From the NCBI RefSeq assembly GCF_016433145.1, contig NC_058131.1, positions 347,547,265 to 347,611,264 on the forward strand: a stretch of 64,000 nucleotides of DNA. Direction: 5' to 3'. A program made the position numbers and the translations under genes. Source of the DNA: Gracilinanus agilis (lineage: Eukaryota). The notes under the pieces were generated by a model that saw only the letters and a program-made list of their open reading frames with translations, was not told the DNA's origin and did not search any database. This document shows positions 1-11,800 of the stretch, in pieces (the first letter of the stretch is position 1; the number at the start of each line of letters is the position of its first letter).

Positions 1-873
1 TTGCTCTGGCCCAGAGAAGGGCAAATTTGGCTACCATCCTCAGGAAGAGAGCTAGCTTAGAGTCTGGGAGTTGGTGACTTGAATTTGAAAGGGTATCCTT
101 ATAGTTATGGTGTTGTGATTCCAAAGTTTTCAGAAGGCTTGTGGTGACAGGACTGCAATCTTCCCCATGCAATGTACATAGCAAGTATTATTGTATCATT
201 CTCATTGAAATAAGGAAGAAAGATGTGACTTTCCTGTAGTTTCCCAGTTTTTCAGCTAAAAGAGCCCAAACCTAAGATCCTAGCTGGCTGGATTGATTCA
301 TGAACCTACTAGCTCTCTCCACTCTCTCAGATAGTTCCTGGATGCAGCTTGCCCAGTGAGTCAATATCCTTTCCTCTCTGGAGGCCTATTGTTGAAGGGA
401 TTTCACCCCACAGTTACTCATTTATTCCCGAGTGTCTATTGCTCTCAGACCTAACCAGGCTTGCTGCATTCACACTGAATCTTACCCAACAGTCAAAAGG
501 AGAAAATCCTCCCTAAGAAGACAGTGGGGCCAGGGCAAGGAATAGTCTTGGTTTCAGGGTAAGAAAAGCTGTAGACTGAGGTTGGACATAGGCCAAACCA
601 ATCCTGGAGGCCAGACCAGTTCTTGGTGCTTCTCAAGGGTCTCATTATCTCCTGGACTCATCCTCTAAGGGAAACATTAGCTGATAAAGCTTCTTGTGCC
701 CCCTTGGCCAGCACAGAGGCAGTTAATGGAAAGAGTCCTGGATGGGGGCCCAAACAGAGACCTGGGTTTTAGCCCTAGTTTAGCTATGTACTCACTCTGA
801 GATCCAGGACACGCTCTTTCCCTTCCTGGGCCTCTTGTCTCCTCGGCTGTAAAATGAAGAGAACAGGCTAGAT

Positions 874-1068
874 CAGGAGTTCTTAATCTTGGATCCATAA
901 ACTTGTATTTTTTATATTTTGATAAGTATACTTCAATAAAATTGGTTTCCTTTGTAAGCCTGCATGTTTTATTTTATGCCTTTAAAAATATGTTTCTAAG
1001 AAGGGGTCCACAGGCTTCATCACAGTGCCAAAGGAGGTCCATGACCCAAAAAAGGTTATGAACCCATG
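874..1068. mobile_element. Old hAT-Charlie/MER5-like MITE inside a MIR-like SINE
   Basis: Ends caggagttcttaatct ... aggttatgaacccatg are degenerate TIRs; flanks ggctagat/gactagga resemble an aged NTCTAGAN-type TSD. A related copy lies at ~24918-25135. Confidence 0.55.
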
Positions 1069-2202
1069 GACTAGGAATTCTCTAAGGATTCTTCCAAGGT
1101 TGACTGTGTTCACCACCCAGCTCCACAAGCTGCCAGGACCTCTCTGGAGTTCATGAAGACACCTTTATAGAATCACAGGATTTGAGAATTGGAAGAGACA
1201 TCCACAGTCATTTGGTTTAATCCATACAAATAAGAATTACCCACTAGCACACACATAACAATCCAATATCGACTCTCTNNNNNNNNNNNNNNNNNNNNNN
1301 NNNNNNNNNNNNNNNNNNNNNNNNNNNNNNNNNNNNNNNNNNNNNNNNNNNNNNNNNNNNNNNNNNNNNNNNNNNNNNNNNNNNNNNNNNNNNNNNNNNN
1401 NNNNNNNNNNNNNNNNNNTGTCTCTCTCACTTTCCCTCTCTGTCTGTCTCTTTCCAGCTTAGTCCACAGTGAGACAGTTGCCTGTCAGGGTCAAATAGAA
1501 GAATTCTAACGCCTTTTCCCCTATGTCTTTTTATCCCTCTCTTCCCTACTTCAGAAGAAAAGGAAGTGGGGCTTGCACTGGAGGCTGGGAGATTAGTGGG
1601 AAGGAGGGAGAAGGTTGTATTAGAGGGATGTTGATTTTAGTCCAGTATAAAGAAAAGCTTCCCAACAAGTAGAGCTGTCAATAAATATTGTGGGAAGCCT
1701 CAAGAAATGAGCTCCCCATCAGGACAGCCAGCAACAGAGATCTTAAAGCTGAGGTTGATAACCAGCAGTCAGGTATGCTACAAAGAATTCCTATATGAAC
1801 CAGGAGGTTGTACTTGATAATTTCTGAGGTCCAGATTTTTTCCAATTAAACTCCTGAAATTCTGTAGAAGTTTGAAGCAGAATGAGCCAGGTTCGTTCCC
1901 CTATAGAGAAATTGCTTGGGTGGAGGACCTGTAAAGGATGGGGTCCTTGGATTTCTGGAAGGTGCCATAGGTGCACATCCCCAAAGGCCTCCATATATGT
2001 ACTCCCTAGAGTAACTTTAGTGATATCTGCCTCTATAATCCTCTGTGGTAAAAGGTATCTCAGGTTAGAGGCAATCTAGAAAGCTGTGTTTATTAAACAA
2101 CTCCCTGAACTCTAATTTAATAGGAAAAAGGCCGTTGAACCAAGATGGTCTACTATTCCAACTTCAGGCTTTGGCATTAATTTCTCTACCCCTCCCTTGC
2201 AG

Positions 2203-2337
2203 ATGCAGTACCTGGATTCCATTAATGGAGAAGAACTTCTCCTAACTGGAGAGGTGTCTTGGCGCCCTCTTGTGGAGAAAAATCCCCAAAGCATTATGAA
2301 ACCCAAATTGCCAACATACAATGATGAAGGTCTCTGA
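2203..2337 (+). CDS. UQCC1: UQCC1 last coding exon (ubiquinol-cytochrome c reductase complex assembly factor 1); gene enters from the left of the window
   Basis: Pyrimidine tract plus acceptor ccctcccttgcAG (2201-2202), then a phase-0 exon MQYLDSINGEELLLTGEVSWRPLVEKNPQSIMKPKLPTYNDEGL* (TGA 2335-2337). Matches the recalled human C-terminus ...GEVSWRPLVEKNPQSILKPHSPTYNDEGL. Not in the ORF track (<60 aa). Confidence 0.93.
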   Translation: MQYLDSINGEELLLTGEVSWRPLVEKNPQSIMKPKLPTYNDEGL

Positions 2338-3830
2338 GGGGTGGCCCTTCCAAACTATGGAGCTGCTGCCCTTGTGAAGAAGCTAGGAACAAGGTACCTG
2401 CCGCCCCTGGGCCCAGCAGGAAGAGGCCGGATTAACCATTGAACAACATCTGTAAAACACCTGGCCCCTGTTTGTGTTGATTTCCCTTTTAATGTGCCCA
2501 GGAGTTGGCCTGGAGGGTACTGGGTGGGGCCACTATGCAGCAGGGTGTTGGGAGACATACAAGCTGTCTCAAGGAACTCACTGGGAAAGAGCTTTTCCCT
2601 CCAAGAAATCCTGCAGGGACTCCCCCCCCCCCCAAACTTCCAGACAGCTGTGTGTGTATGCTTTCCCCAGGGCCCTTGATGGGAAGGTAGAAGCAGAAGG
2701 TGTCCCCAGCTCTGGGCCTTCTCTTCTCCTGGAACTCTTTGCAGTGCTACTGAGAGCAGATGGGTTGGGATGTATCTGTCCCTCCATGAAGCATAGCATT
2801 GAGTTGGGAATTAAAAGAAATAGAGTATTAATCTCTGCCACTGTTTTTCTTTATTTATTTTGGAAAGTCATTTGAGGTGGGGTTAGCATAAGCTGTGGAT
2901 TCCTATCTTTGCCCAAAGGCTTACACCTTACAATCATTGGTGAGGATAATCTCCCAAGGAGTTCGTCCCCATTCATGCCTCCTTCCCCCCAAAGTGAATT
3001 CTCTTTCTCGAAATACTCTAGTCATTCTGAGTACAGCCAAGCCCCAGACACTACTCACCTCCTATCTCCCTCAGGGACCTCACTGTGCACACCAAGGACA
3101 GCATGCCTTCCTCTCTGAGTCCACCTTGATGTACTAGCTGGAGAACGTGATCTTATCTTTTCTTTCTATATTCTTTTTTTAGGGGGATTTGGCTAGGAGA
3201 AGAGGGATTCTTCCTTTCAGCAGCAATGGGATGGAGTCTGGGTCCTAGCCCTGTACCATCTCCTCTTTATATTCCCCAACTAGCTTGCCTTTCTGCCTAA
3301 ATTCAGTGACCCTCATTACCAGACTTAGGGGTTTGGGGACCTGTCCCCTCCCTTTCTGAATACAGCCACTTCCCCAGGGGATTTTCTTTGGATTGGGGGG
3401 GGAAAAAGTCATATTGTTCATTTTTCCCCCCAAAGCAAACTTCCTCCATTTAACTTGTTATAAAATGAGTCATATAAAGAAACTCTATATGTGTGAGGTA
3501 TATATCCCACTTCTGTGAAAACATTACAAACCAAACAGCCTTCTCTCAGTTTATTTAAGATGCTTTTGTTGCAAGTTGAGCTCTAGAGAGAAGCCTCCTG
3601 TGTGTGTGAGATAATAACACCTTGTAACTCATTACAGCTGGGCAATATTCACATAAACCAGANNNNNNNNNNNNNNNNNNNNNNNNNNNNNNNNNNNNNN
3701 NNNNNNNNNNNNNNNNNNNNNNNNNNNNNNNNNNNNNNNNNNNNNNNNNNNNNNNNNNNNNNNNNNNNNNNNNNNNNNNNNNNNNNNNNNNNNNNNNNNN
3801 NNNATTAATTCATATATAAAACAGTTATTT
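2338..3830 (+). other. UQCC1: UQCC1 3'UTR (end uncertain; polyA signal possibly inside the 3663-3803 gap)
   Basis: Repeat-free sequence after the stop codon; SINE-rich sequence resumes from ~3.9 kb. Confidence 0.55.
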
Positions 3831-4551
3831 AAACCTTAACCCCTTTGCTGCCCTTGGCAACTTTCTAGTCTCACAGAGCCATAGACCCCAGGCACAGAAT
3901 TATAGCGTCTTAGATCTGAATGGAATTTAAGTCATATCTCAGCATAAATCCCCATACTACAACATCCCCTTCAAGCAGTCATCTAGCCTCTACTTCAAGA
4001 ACAGGGAGCTCACAACTTTACAAAATCTTGGTACCCCTGTAACTTCCACATATTAGTCTTAATTTTTCCTCCTGGGGCCAATCAGAACAAGTCTAATTGC
4101 TCTGCTTTTGACAGGCCTTTAGAATTTAAAGACAACTGTCATGTCTTCTCTAAACCTTCTCTTCCTCAGGCTAAGTATATCTGGTTCCTTTGACTGAGCC
4201 CTTATATGATGTGGCCTCAGTTTTTCTCTCCATCTTAATACCCTTGCTTTGATTGTTTCCTGATTAGTCTTTGTTCTTCCTGAAATGCCCCAGAAATGAA
4301 CATAATATTCTAGCTATGGCCCAATCAAAGCAAAGTATAGCAAGAATTATCACCCCGGGCCTTCTGGCCACTGTGCTTCTCTAGATGCAGAAATAGCCTG
4401 AGATGTGACTTGCTTTTTAGGTCTCAGCACCAGGATACCAAGTGAGCTTCTTTCTATAACTCCATGTCACATAGCTCAGCCAGTTGCTCACCTTATACCA
4501 GGAAACCCTTGGGCCCTCCCACCAGTGAGGGAGCTTAGAATGTAATGTCCC

Positions 4552-4745
4552 GGGGCAGCTGGGTAGCTCAGTGGAGTGAGAGTCAGGCCTAGAGACAGGA
4601 GGTCCTAGGTTCAAACTCGGCCTCAGCCACTTCCCAGCTGTGTGACCCTGGGCAAGTCACTTGACCCCCATTGCCCACCCTTACCAATCTTCCACCTATG
4701 AGACAATACACCGAAGTACAAGGGTTTAAAAAAAAAAAAAAAGAA
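4552..4745 (+). mobile_element. Young didelphid tRNA-derived SINE (SINE1_Mdo-like)
   Basis: A box tagctcagtgg, B box ggttcaaac, poly-A tail; 15-bp TSD agaatgtaatgtccc (4537-4551) / agattgtaatgtccc (4746-4760). Confidence 0.9.
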
Positions 4746-5142
4746 AGATTGTAATGTCCCATCAAGTCCAGCTTTGCTAACTTTGCCAGTGTTTCATATG
4801 TGGAATTCTCTTATGTGGGGGATGACAAAAAGTGAATTCATCACTTGTGTTCCAGATGCCATGTCTTTGAAATTCTGACATGCTTGCTCTCTTCTTAGGT
4901 GTTCCCCCTATCCCTCTTTTCTGGCTCACTGCCTTCACCTGACCAGATATCCAATTTATTTCCTTGAGCATTTAGTGATCACTCTCTTTATTTTCAGCAA
5001 TGTAGGAAAGAATAACTGTTTTTTAAAAAGCTTAGCAATTATAAAAAAATCAGTAGAAATCTAGGTCTCTGCTTGTAGGAGACAATGGAAATCTGAAAAC
5101 AGAGATTGGTGACCAGTGATTGAGTAGTTTTATAGTTTAGAG

Positions 5143-5349
5143 AAGGGGTCGGCAATGTATGGCTCTTGAGCCATATCTGGCTCTTTTGAGGGCCAGATAT
5201 GGCTCTTTCTGCAGGAGCCATAAAGTCAATTTTTTTTCAGGCGCTGTTACAGGAGTGCGCCCTGCGAGCACTGTACGGCTTTTACGAAATTACATTTTAA
5301 AAAATGTGGCGTTTATGGCTCTCATGGCCAAAAAGGTTGCCGACCCCTG
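5143..5349. mobile_element. Non-autonomous hAT MITE, OposCharlie1/OC1-like
   Basis: TIRs aaggggtcggcaa / ttgccgacccctg; 8-bp flanks gtttagag / ctttagaa; 8 CpGs retained. Family name is from recall. Confidence 0.75.
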
Positions 5350-5544
5350 CTTTAGAAAGTTCTCAATGTGTCTGATCTCTTTTGATTCTCATAGTAGTCC
5401 TGTGAGATAGGTAATGCAGGAAGTGGTAAGAACCATTTTACAGATATGAGAACTAAAATTTAGAGAATATCTAACAAATTATCTTGATGGAAAGACAGAG
5501 CAACACTTACATAGATCCTGGAGGAATTAAGAGGGGTTACATAT

Positions 5545-5692
5545 GGGACAGCTAGGTGGCTCAGTGGATTGAGAACTAGGTCTAGAGATAGGAGATCCTG
5601 GGTTCAAATCTGGCCTCGGACACTTTTTAGCTGTGTGACCCTGGACCAGTCACTTAACCCCCATGATTCCAAGGTAAAGGTTTAAAAAAGAA
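5545..5692 (+). mobile_element. SINE1-like, internally truncated
   Basis: gggacagctaggtggctcagtgg head, B box, tail aagggtttaaaa-like. Confidence 0.75.
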
Positions 5693-6909
5693 AAGAGGGG
5701 TTATGTAAACATGAGTTGAACTTTGAAGGCTGAAGACAATGAGTAGGTAAAGGAGAGAAAGGGCATTCTATGCTAGAGAATAGAATGAATAAATGAAAGG
5801 AATAGGGTGTATAAATGGCACAGTCTGATATGTGGAGGAACCATGGTGAAGAAGAGTGAGAAATGAGATGAAATAGATAAGGTGGACTAGTAATAGCAGG
5901 TATTTAATGTAGTATGTAGGGAGAGAAAAACATTGGATTTGGAGCTTGTGTGGCCTTGGGCAAGTCACTTCCTACTGTGAGCCTGTTTCCTCATCAGTAA
6001 ATGAAGTTGGGCAGAATACTCTCTAAGGTATTTTCCATCTAAAAATCCTGAGATTTTTTTTTTTTTGGTCATCTAACTGAGGAACATGGACTTGAGCTGG
6101 TAAATAGTAGGTTAACTTTGGTAAACTCTTGAATAAGGGACTACTTACTGAAAAGACATATGGGGTGGTGGAAAGATCACTAGAGTCAGGAGACTAGACT
6201 TCAAAGCTCAGTTCTGTTCTTTCCTAACTGTGTCTTAATCTCTGTTTCCTCATCTATTAAATGGTGATGATATTTTTGTAGCCAAATAAATGTGACTTAT
6301 TATTGGTGATAATATTGGCATGACAAAAATGACATTCTATGAAGATGTTTTTCGGGAGTTGGGTAAAAACATTAGAAACAGAGTTCAGTTAAGAGGTGAG
6401 TGATGTAATGAGGTCAAAGAAATGGAAGCAAGGAGAATGAAGAGAAAGATATATATTCAAGAGATATTTGGGGGGCAGGTAGGTAGCACAGTAGAACACC
6501 AGGCCTAGGGTCATGACCTGAGTTCAAATGTGACCTCAGATACTTCCTAGCTATGTGACCATGGGTAAATCACTTAACTTCAGTTGCCCAGCCCTGACAG
6601 AAGGTAAGTATTAAAAGATACATATATTTTGAGGGAAGATTGTTAGGAATTTTCAAGTGACTAAACATGGGAACCCAACAAGTAGGAAGAGTCAAAGTTG
6701 CCTTAGATTCAAGTAGATAAATATTTCTTTGCCTATATTGTACTGCAAGGGACTAAGGACAGGAAGACAAAAATATGAAACAATATTTGCCCTAAAGTTG
6801 CTTATAGTGTTGGAGAAATCCAACAGGGCACATAAATGAGTAAATACAAAATAATTGAGGAGGGAGGGAAAAGGAATAACTTCATTCTATATGAAAAATC
6901 CTATGGCCC

Positions 6910-8400
6910 AGAAGAATGGTGATATCTATCCTTAATGGAAAGAACTGGAAAAGGACAGACCAAAAGTGGATAATAAAAGAGTTGAAACCCAAGGTAAGAA
7001 GGGGAGATTGCAGAGAACACCTACTGGTTCCTGATGACTTCAAATTGTCAGGCCCAGAGTTACGTCCCAGAGTTGTGAATGAACTAGGTTATTATGACTG
7101 CTGATTTTTAAAGACTGGAAAATGGGAATAGTGTTTCTGGATTGGAAAGATATGATTGCCCCAGTTTTTTTGAAAGGGAAGAGATTGATGTTTGTAGATT
7201 TTTAAACCAATGAGTTTGACTTTAATTCCTACAAGAATTCTAGAAAGGTATCAGAGGGATGATTAATTGGTGTCTAAAAATGGAATCCGTGATCACAAAG
7301 AACCATCATCACATAACAAGAACAGGTCATGCCAGATTAACTCATATCCTTTTTTTAATAGGGTAACCAGACTTGTGGATCAGGAGAATGTTATAAGTAG
7401 TTTGCCTAGATTTCAGCAAAGCATTTGACAAAGTTTCGTATGCTGTTCTTTTAGAAAGGATGAAGTTATTATGGGCTGAACCATTATGTAGCTTGGAACT
7501 ATTTAAATGTTCAGACCCAGAGAGTAGTTATTAATGTTTTGATGGCAATATGAAAGGAGGTCTTTACTTGATGCCCCAGGAATATGTTTTAAGTCCTTTG
7601 CTTTTCTTTATCATTTTTATCAGTGGTTTAGATAAAATCATGAATAATAAGCTTATCAGATTCTCAGATGACTCAAAGCTAGAGATGGTTAATCCCTTGG
7701 AGGAGAATCAGGAATCACAGATATCTCAATAGGATGGAATGTTCAGTCAAATCTAATAAGTTGAAATTTAATGGGACCAAATGTAGTCTTTGACAGGTAG
7801 GTTCAAGAAATCAGTGTCACAGGTACAAGATGGGAGCAGTAGCAGTTCATTTGAAAATCAGGAGGTGCAAGCTTCGTGAGTCAGTAATGTGATATGTATG
7901 GCAACCAAAAAAGGTGAATTTAATTATTAGCTGTATTTAGGGGCATAGTGATGAGGCTGCCTACATTGATCTGGGCAAACTCCATCTGAAATACTTGTTC
8001 TCTTTGGGTCCTGCATTTTAGGAAAGATATTAATAAAATACAGGACAGACAGAAGAAGATGACCAGGACACTAAAGAGCCTCATCTGCCATATTAGCCGT
8101 TATTGAATTTCAGATATTTACTTTGGATCTAAAAAGATTCAGGCAAAAATGGCTGGGGTGGTAGGAGAGAAGAAGGAACAGGTGAACATGGTGCTATCTT
8201 TAAGTATTTAAAGGAGTGTTACATAGAAGACTAGTTCTGCTTGACCCCAGAAAGCAAAATTAGAGGAGTAGGTAAAAGTTGCAGAAATGTTATTATGGAA
8301 GGAAAAACTTTTGTAACAAAAGGAGTGATGTGCTCCTCTAGCAAAAAAGGGAAGGGGCTGCTTCAAGACAGGTTGGATTCTTGAGAAAGGTCAGATGACT
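6910..8400 (+). mobile_element. Ancient CR1/L3 LINE remnant (RT region)
   Basis: Decayed RT-like segments, e.g. gatttcagcaaagcatttgacaaagtt (DFSKAFDKV); many stops and frameshifts. Confidence 0.65.
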
Positions 8401-8437
8401 TCTTATTGAATGTGCTCCAGGGAAGTGATTTCAGATT

Positions 8438-8638
8438 TTTTTTTTTTTAAACACTTACCTTCTGCCTTAGAACTAATACTGTGTATTGCTTCCAAGGCAG
8501 AAGAGCAGTAAGGGCTAGGCAATGGGGATTAAGTGACTTGCTCAGAGTCACATAACTAGGAAGTATCTGGCCAGATTTGAACCTAGGACGTCCCATCTCT
8601 AGTCCTGGCTCTCAATCCACTGAACCAACGAACTGCCC
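8438..8638 (-). mobile_element. SINE1-like
   Basis: Poly-T followed by the reverse-complement SINE body ending ...aactgccc. Confidence 0.85.
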
Positions 8639-11139
8639 TTGAGCATAGTGTCTTGGATAAATTAACATTATCTGTGTTATGTTGTATTTCTAATTATTTT
8701 CTTCCCAGTGACATTTTATTTTGGTTCTGGCCCCACTTGCAGGGCTGAAGTCTGATAGCTCTGCTCCAGATCTTCTCCTTAGTCAGGAATGTGTTGAATG
8801 AAGCTGCTTCTGAGATGCTTTCCAGTTCAGATTTTGTGATTTGGGAAAGTTAGGAAGGGAAGTTCTTTTGCAGGAAGGATAATGAGCCCCATTTTGCCAT
8901 ATTAAGTGAGGTGAAATTCAAGGGTAACACAAGGTTGAAATTCAGATGAGATGCCCAAGTAGAAGATGCATGTCACAAAGGTGAGAATTTTAAGTTGTGA
9001 CACCTAGAATAGTCCCTGAGGTACTGAGTGGAGAAAGAGGATCCAGGTCTTGGATTATACTCACCCATCCTAGGTGTGTGTGAAAGGATTTGCAAGAATT
9101 GATCTGAAAGGTAGGAGGAGAATCTGGAGGTCAGAGTGAGGTGGAAACCAAAGGGAAGTGCTCCCCAAAATGGTGACAATGTTAGAGCTGTAGAGAGTGA
9201 GAGTTGAGAGTTCTGAAGTTAAATACTGAGAAAATGCCATTGATTTAGTGATTAGCAGGTAGTAAAAGAGAATCCTTAGGCCAAATATAAGGTTAAAGAA
9301 AGAGTGAAAACACTAGGAGGTCTAACTTGAAGGAAAGAGAAGAAGACTAAAGTCGCAAGAGAGCAGAGAGAAAGAAAGTTTTTGACCATCAGGGAGATTA
9401 GAATATTTTGAAATGAAAGAGACAAAGACATTGAAAGTATTGGGGAATAGGGAGGCATTAACATGGATGGATAGAATTGAAGGGATAGTAAGCTTTGTTG
9501 TATGGGATGACTTTCTGGGAAGGAGCAGGAGTAGGGGGAGAAGCTATGTTAAAACCAAGGTATTGCAATTGAGAGCACAGATGAGGATATCTCTCCAAAA
9601 GTGGGGAAAAAAAAACAGACATACATTGAGGGGTCTCAATTTCAGTTCTGCCGTATCAGCCTCCACCATTTTAGGCTGAGGTGTGTGGGGAGCTTAGGAA
9701 GGAAGGTCTGCAGTAGTTGTGGTCCACCAGCCTGTGGGCTGGAGCTGGGGAGTGAATGAGAGAGGCGCAAATGTGTTGTCAAAGTGATCTAGTCATTGCC
9801 AGTGCTGGGTAGCAGCTAAAGAAGATAAAATCGCCTTAATCAAGATTCCTCTAATCTATTTCTCTAAATGCTTTCAGACTTACAATGTGCTTTCCTTACA
9901 ACCCCTCACTTCTTTGGGGAAGATTGTCTTTTCACAAATGGTTAGTATGTTGGCTCCTTTAAGGCAAAGACCGTTTTCTTTGTACCTGTTACTGCCTACC
10001 CCAGGAACTTGATGATATTAAATTGGAAGACAGAGCAATCATAGTCCCCTGAATAGTATAGTCTCTATTTTATAGATGTGGAGGAACTTGCTGCTGATAC
10101 ACCATGCTGTGTCTCAGCTTTGTTGTGCCTTATGAGTACCTACCTCCGAAAGAGCTATTGAGATGAAATTACCATAAAGCCCTATGTCAAAATTATCATA
10201 GTAGTAATTCATATTTTGATTTGCAGGATTCTTTCCTTGTACCTGTGAGGTGTGTTTACAGATATCATTCACATAGGAGGAAACTGAGGACCAGAGAAAA
10301 GAAACTGACTTGTCCAAGTTGCCCTCACTGGAGAAGGGCAGGGTACTGGTGAACCCACTCCTATGCCCCTCTTGGGAGTCTTTGTCCTTTCCTCTCCCTC
10401 CCTGGTGATCCACTCTCTTGTTGGAGCACCTGCAAAGGGGGATGGAGCCAAAAGAATGTAGAGAAAACAAGGGAGAGACCGAGACAACATCCCTGCCTTC
10501 GGAATGTCTATATCTGGGATTACCATGCTTTCTGAAGGGGTGCATCAGCCTGCCAACCCTCATCTGCCTGGGCAGGCAGGCAAAGATGGGAAGAGGTGGC
10601 ACTGTTACTGTTCCTAATTTCATTAGCAAGGCCTGGAAGTGGCCAGCCCAAGTACCTCCAGAGATCTATTTTGATACCATCTTTCATTTAGTTCATTCAC
10701 TGATTCATATTCAGCAAACAGTGAAGCATGTCTTGAATGTTGAGCACAGTGACCATTTCTGGGGGAAACATATTTTGGAAAAGCTGTCCTTGCTACGGCT
10801 CTTTATGTTCTTCAGGATATTACAAAGTAATGACTGACATTATATTTAAAGCTTGCAAATAGACATTTCTCACTTTCGCCTCACAACAACCCTTTAGGGT
10901 AGGTACCAGAGTTAATACAGTATCCATTTTAAAGATGAAGAAATGAAGATGCGGAGCTAGTCAGTGGTAGAGGTGAGATTTGAGGCCAGGCATATAATCC
11001 TTAAGGATCCTTTCCAACTTTCAGTTTTATGATCCTGGGGCCTTGCTTTGAATCTCAGCTTCATTATCTCTTCCCTGCCCCCGCCCGCCCCACCTTCTTC
11101 ATAATTTCCCTATTTCTGTGGAAGAAACTACTGTCCTCT

Positions 11140-11800
11140 CAGTCACCCAGGGTCACAACCAAGGTGTTATCCTTAACTGCTCACTCTCTCACTCCCTATA
11201 TCCAATCTGTTGCTGATACCTGTCAATTTTTCCTTGATCGTTTCTCATGTATATGGCCTTCTGTCGTCTGACACTGCCATCACCTTGGTTCAGCACCTCA
11301 TGTCTGGACTTCTACAGTAGCCTGTTAGTGGATGTCCCTGCCCTATCTGGCCCTACTCCGATTCCTCTTCTTTGCTGCCAAAGCAATCTCCCTCAAATGC
11401 AGATCTGACCTTGTCACTTCCCCCACCCTCATTCAGTCAACTCCAGTGGCTTCCTATTAACCTCCATTGAATGTGTGGCTTTTAAAGCCCTTCCTAACCC
11501 AGCCCCTTCATAGGTTGCCATAGGTTTTCTACCTCCCACCCCCACAGACACTAGTCTCCTTGCTATTCCTTACCGAAGATACTCCCGTCTCCCAAATCAG
11601 TGCATTTTCATCGCCTTTCCCCCTTACCTGGAATATTCTCTCATTTTGCCTTCTGGCTTCTTTCAAAGCCCAGCTAAAATCCCACCTTTTACAGGTGACC
11701 TCCCTCCGTGGGATTATCTCCAGTCTATAGCTAATTTATCCAGTTGTTCGCATGTTGTCTCCCCCATTAGAATGAGATAATGTATTTAAAACAGTTTATG
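11140..11800 (+). mobile_element. L2 LINE 3' fragment
   Basis: Pyrimidine-rich L2-type 3' sequence ending ...tctcccccattagaatgag. Confidence 0.55.

Noticed and set aside
10114-10837. Overlapping 171-aa (-) and 139-aa (+) ORFs
   Set aside because: No recognisable domain, no convincing splice or promoter context, partly in MIR/L2-like sequence; expected by chance.
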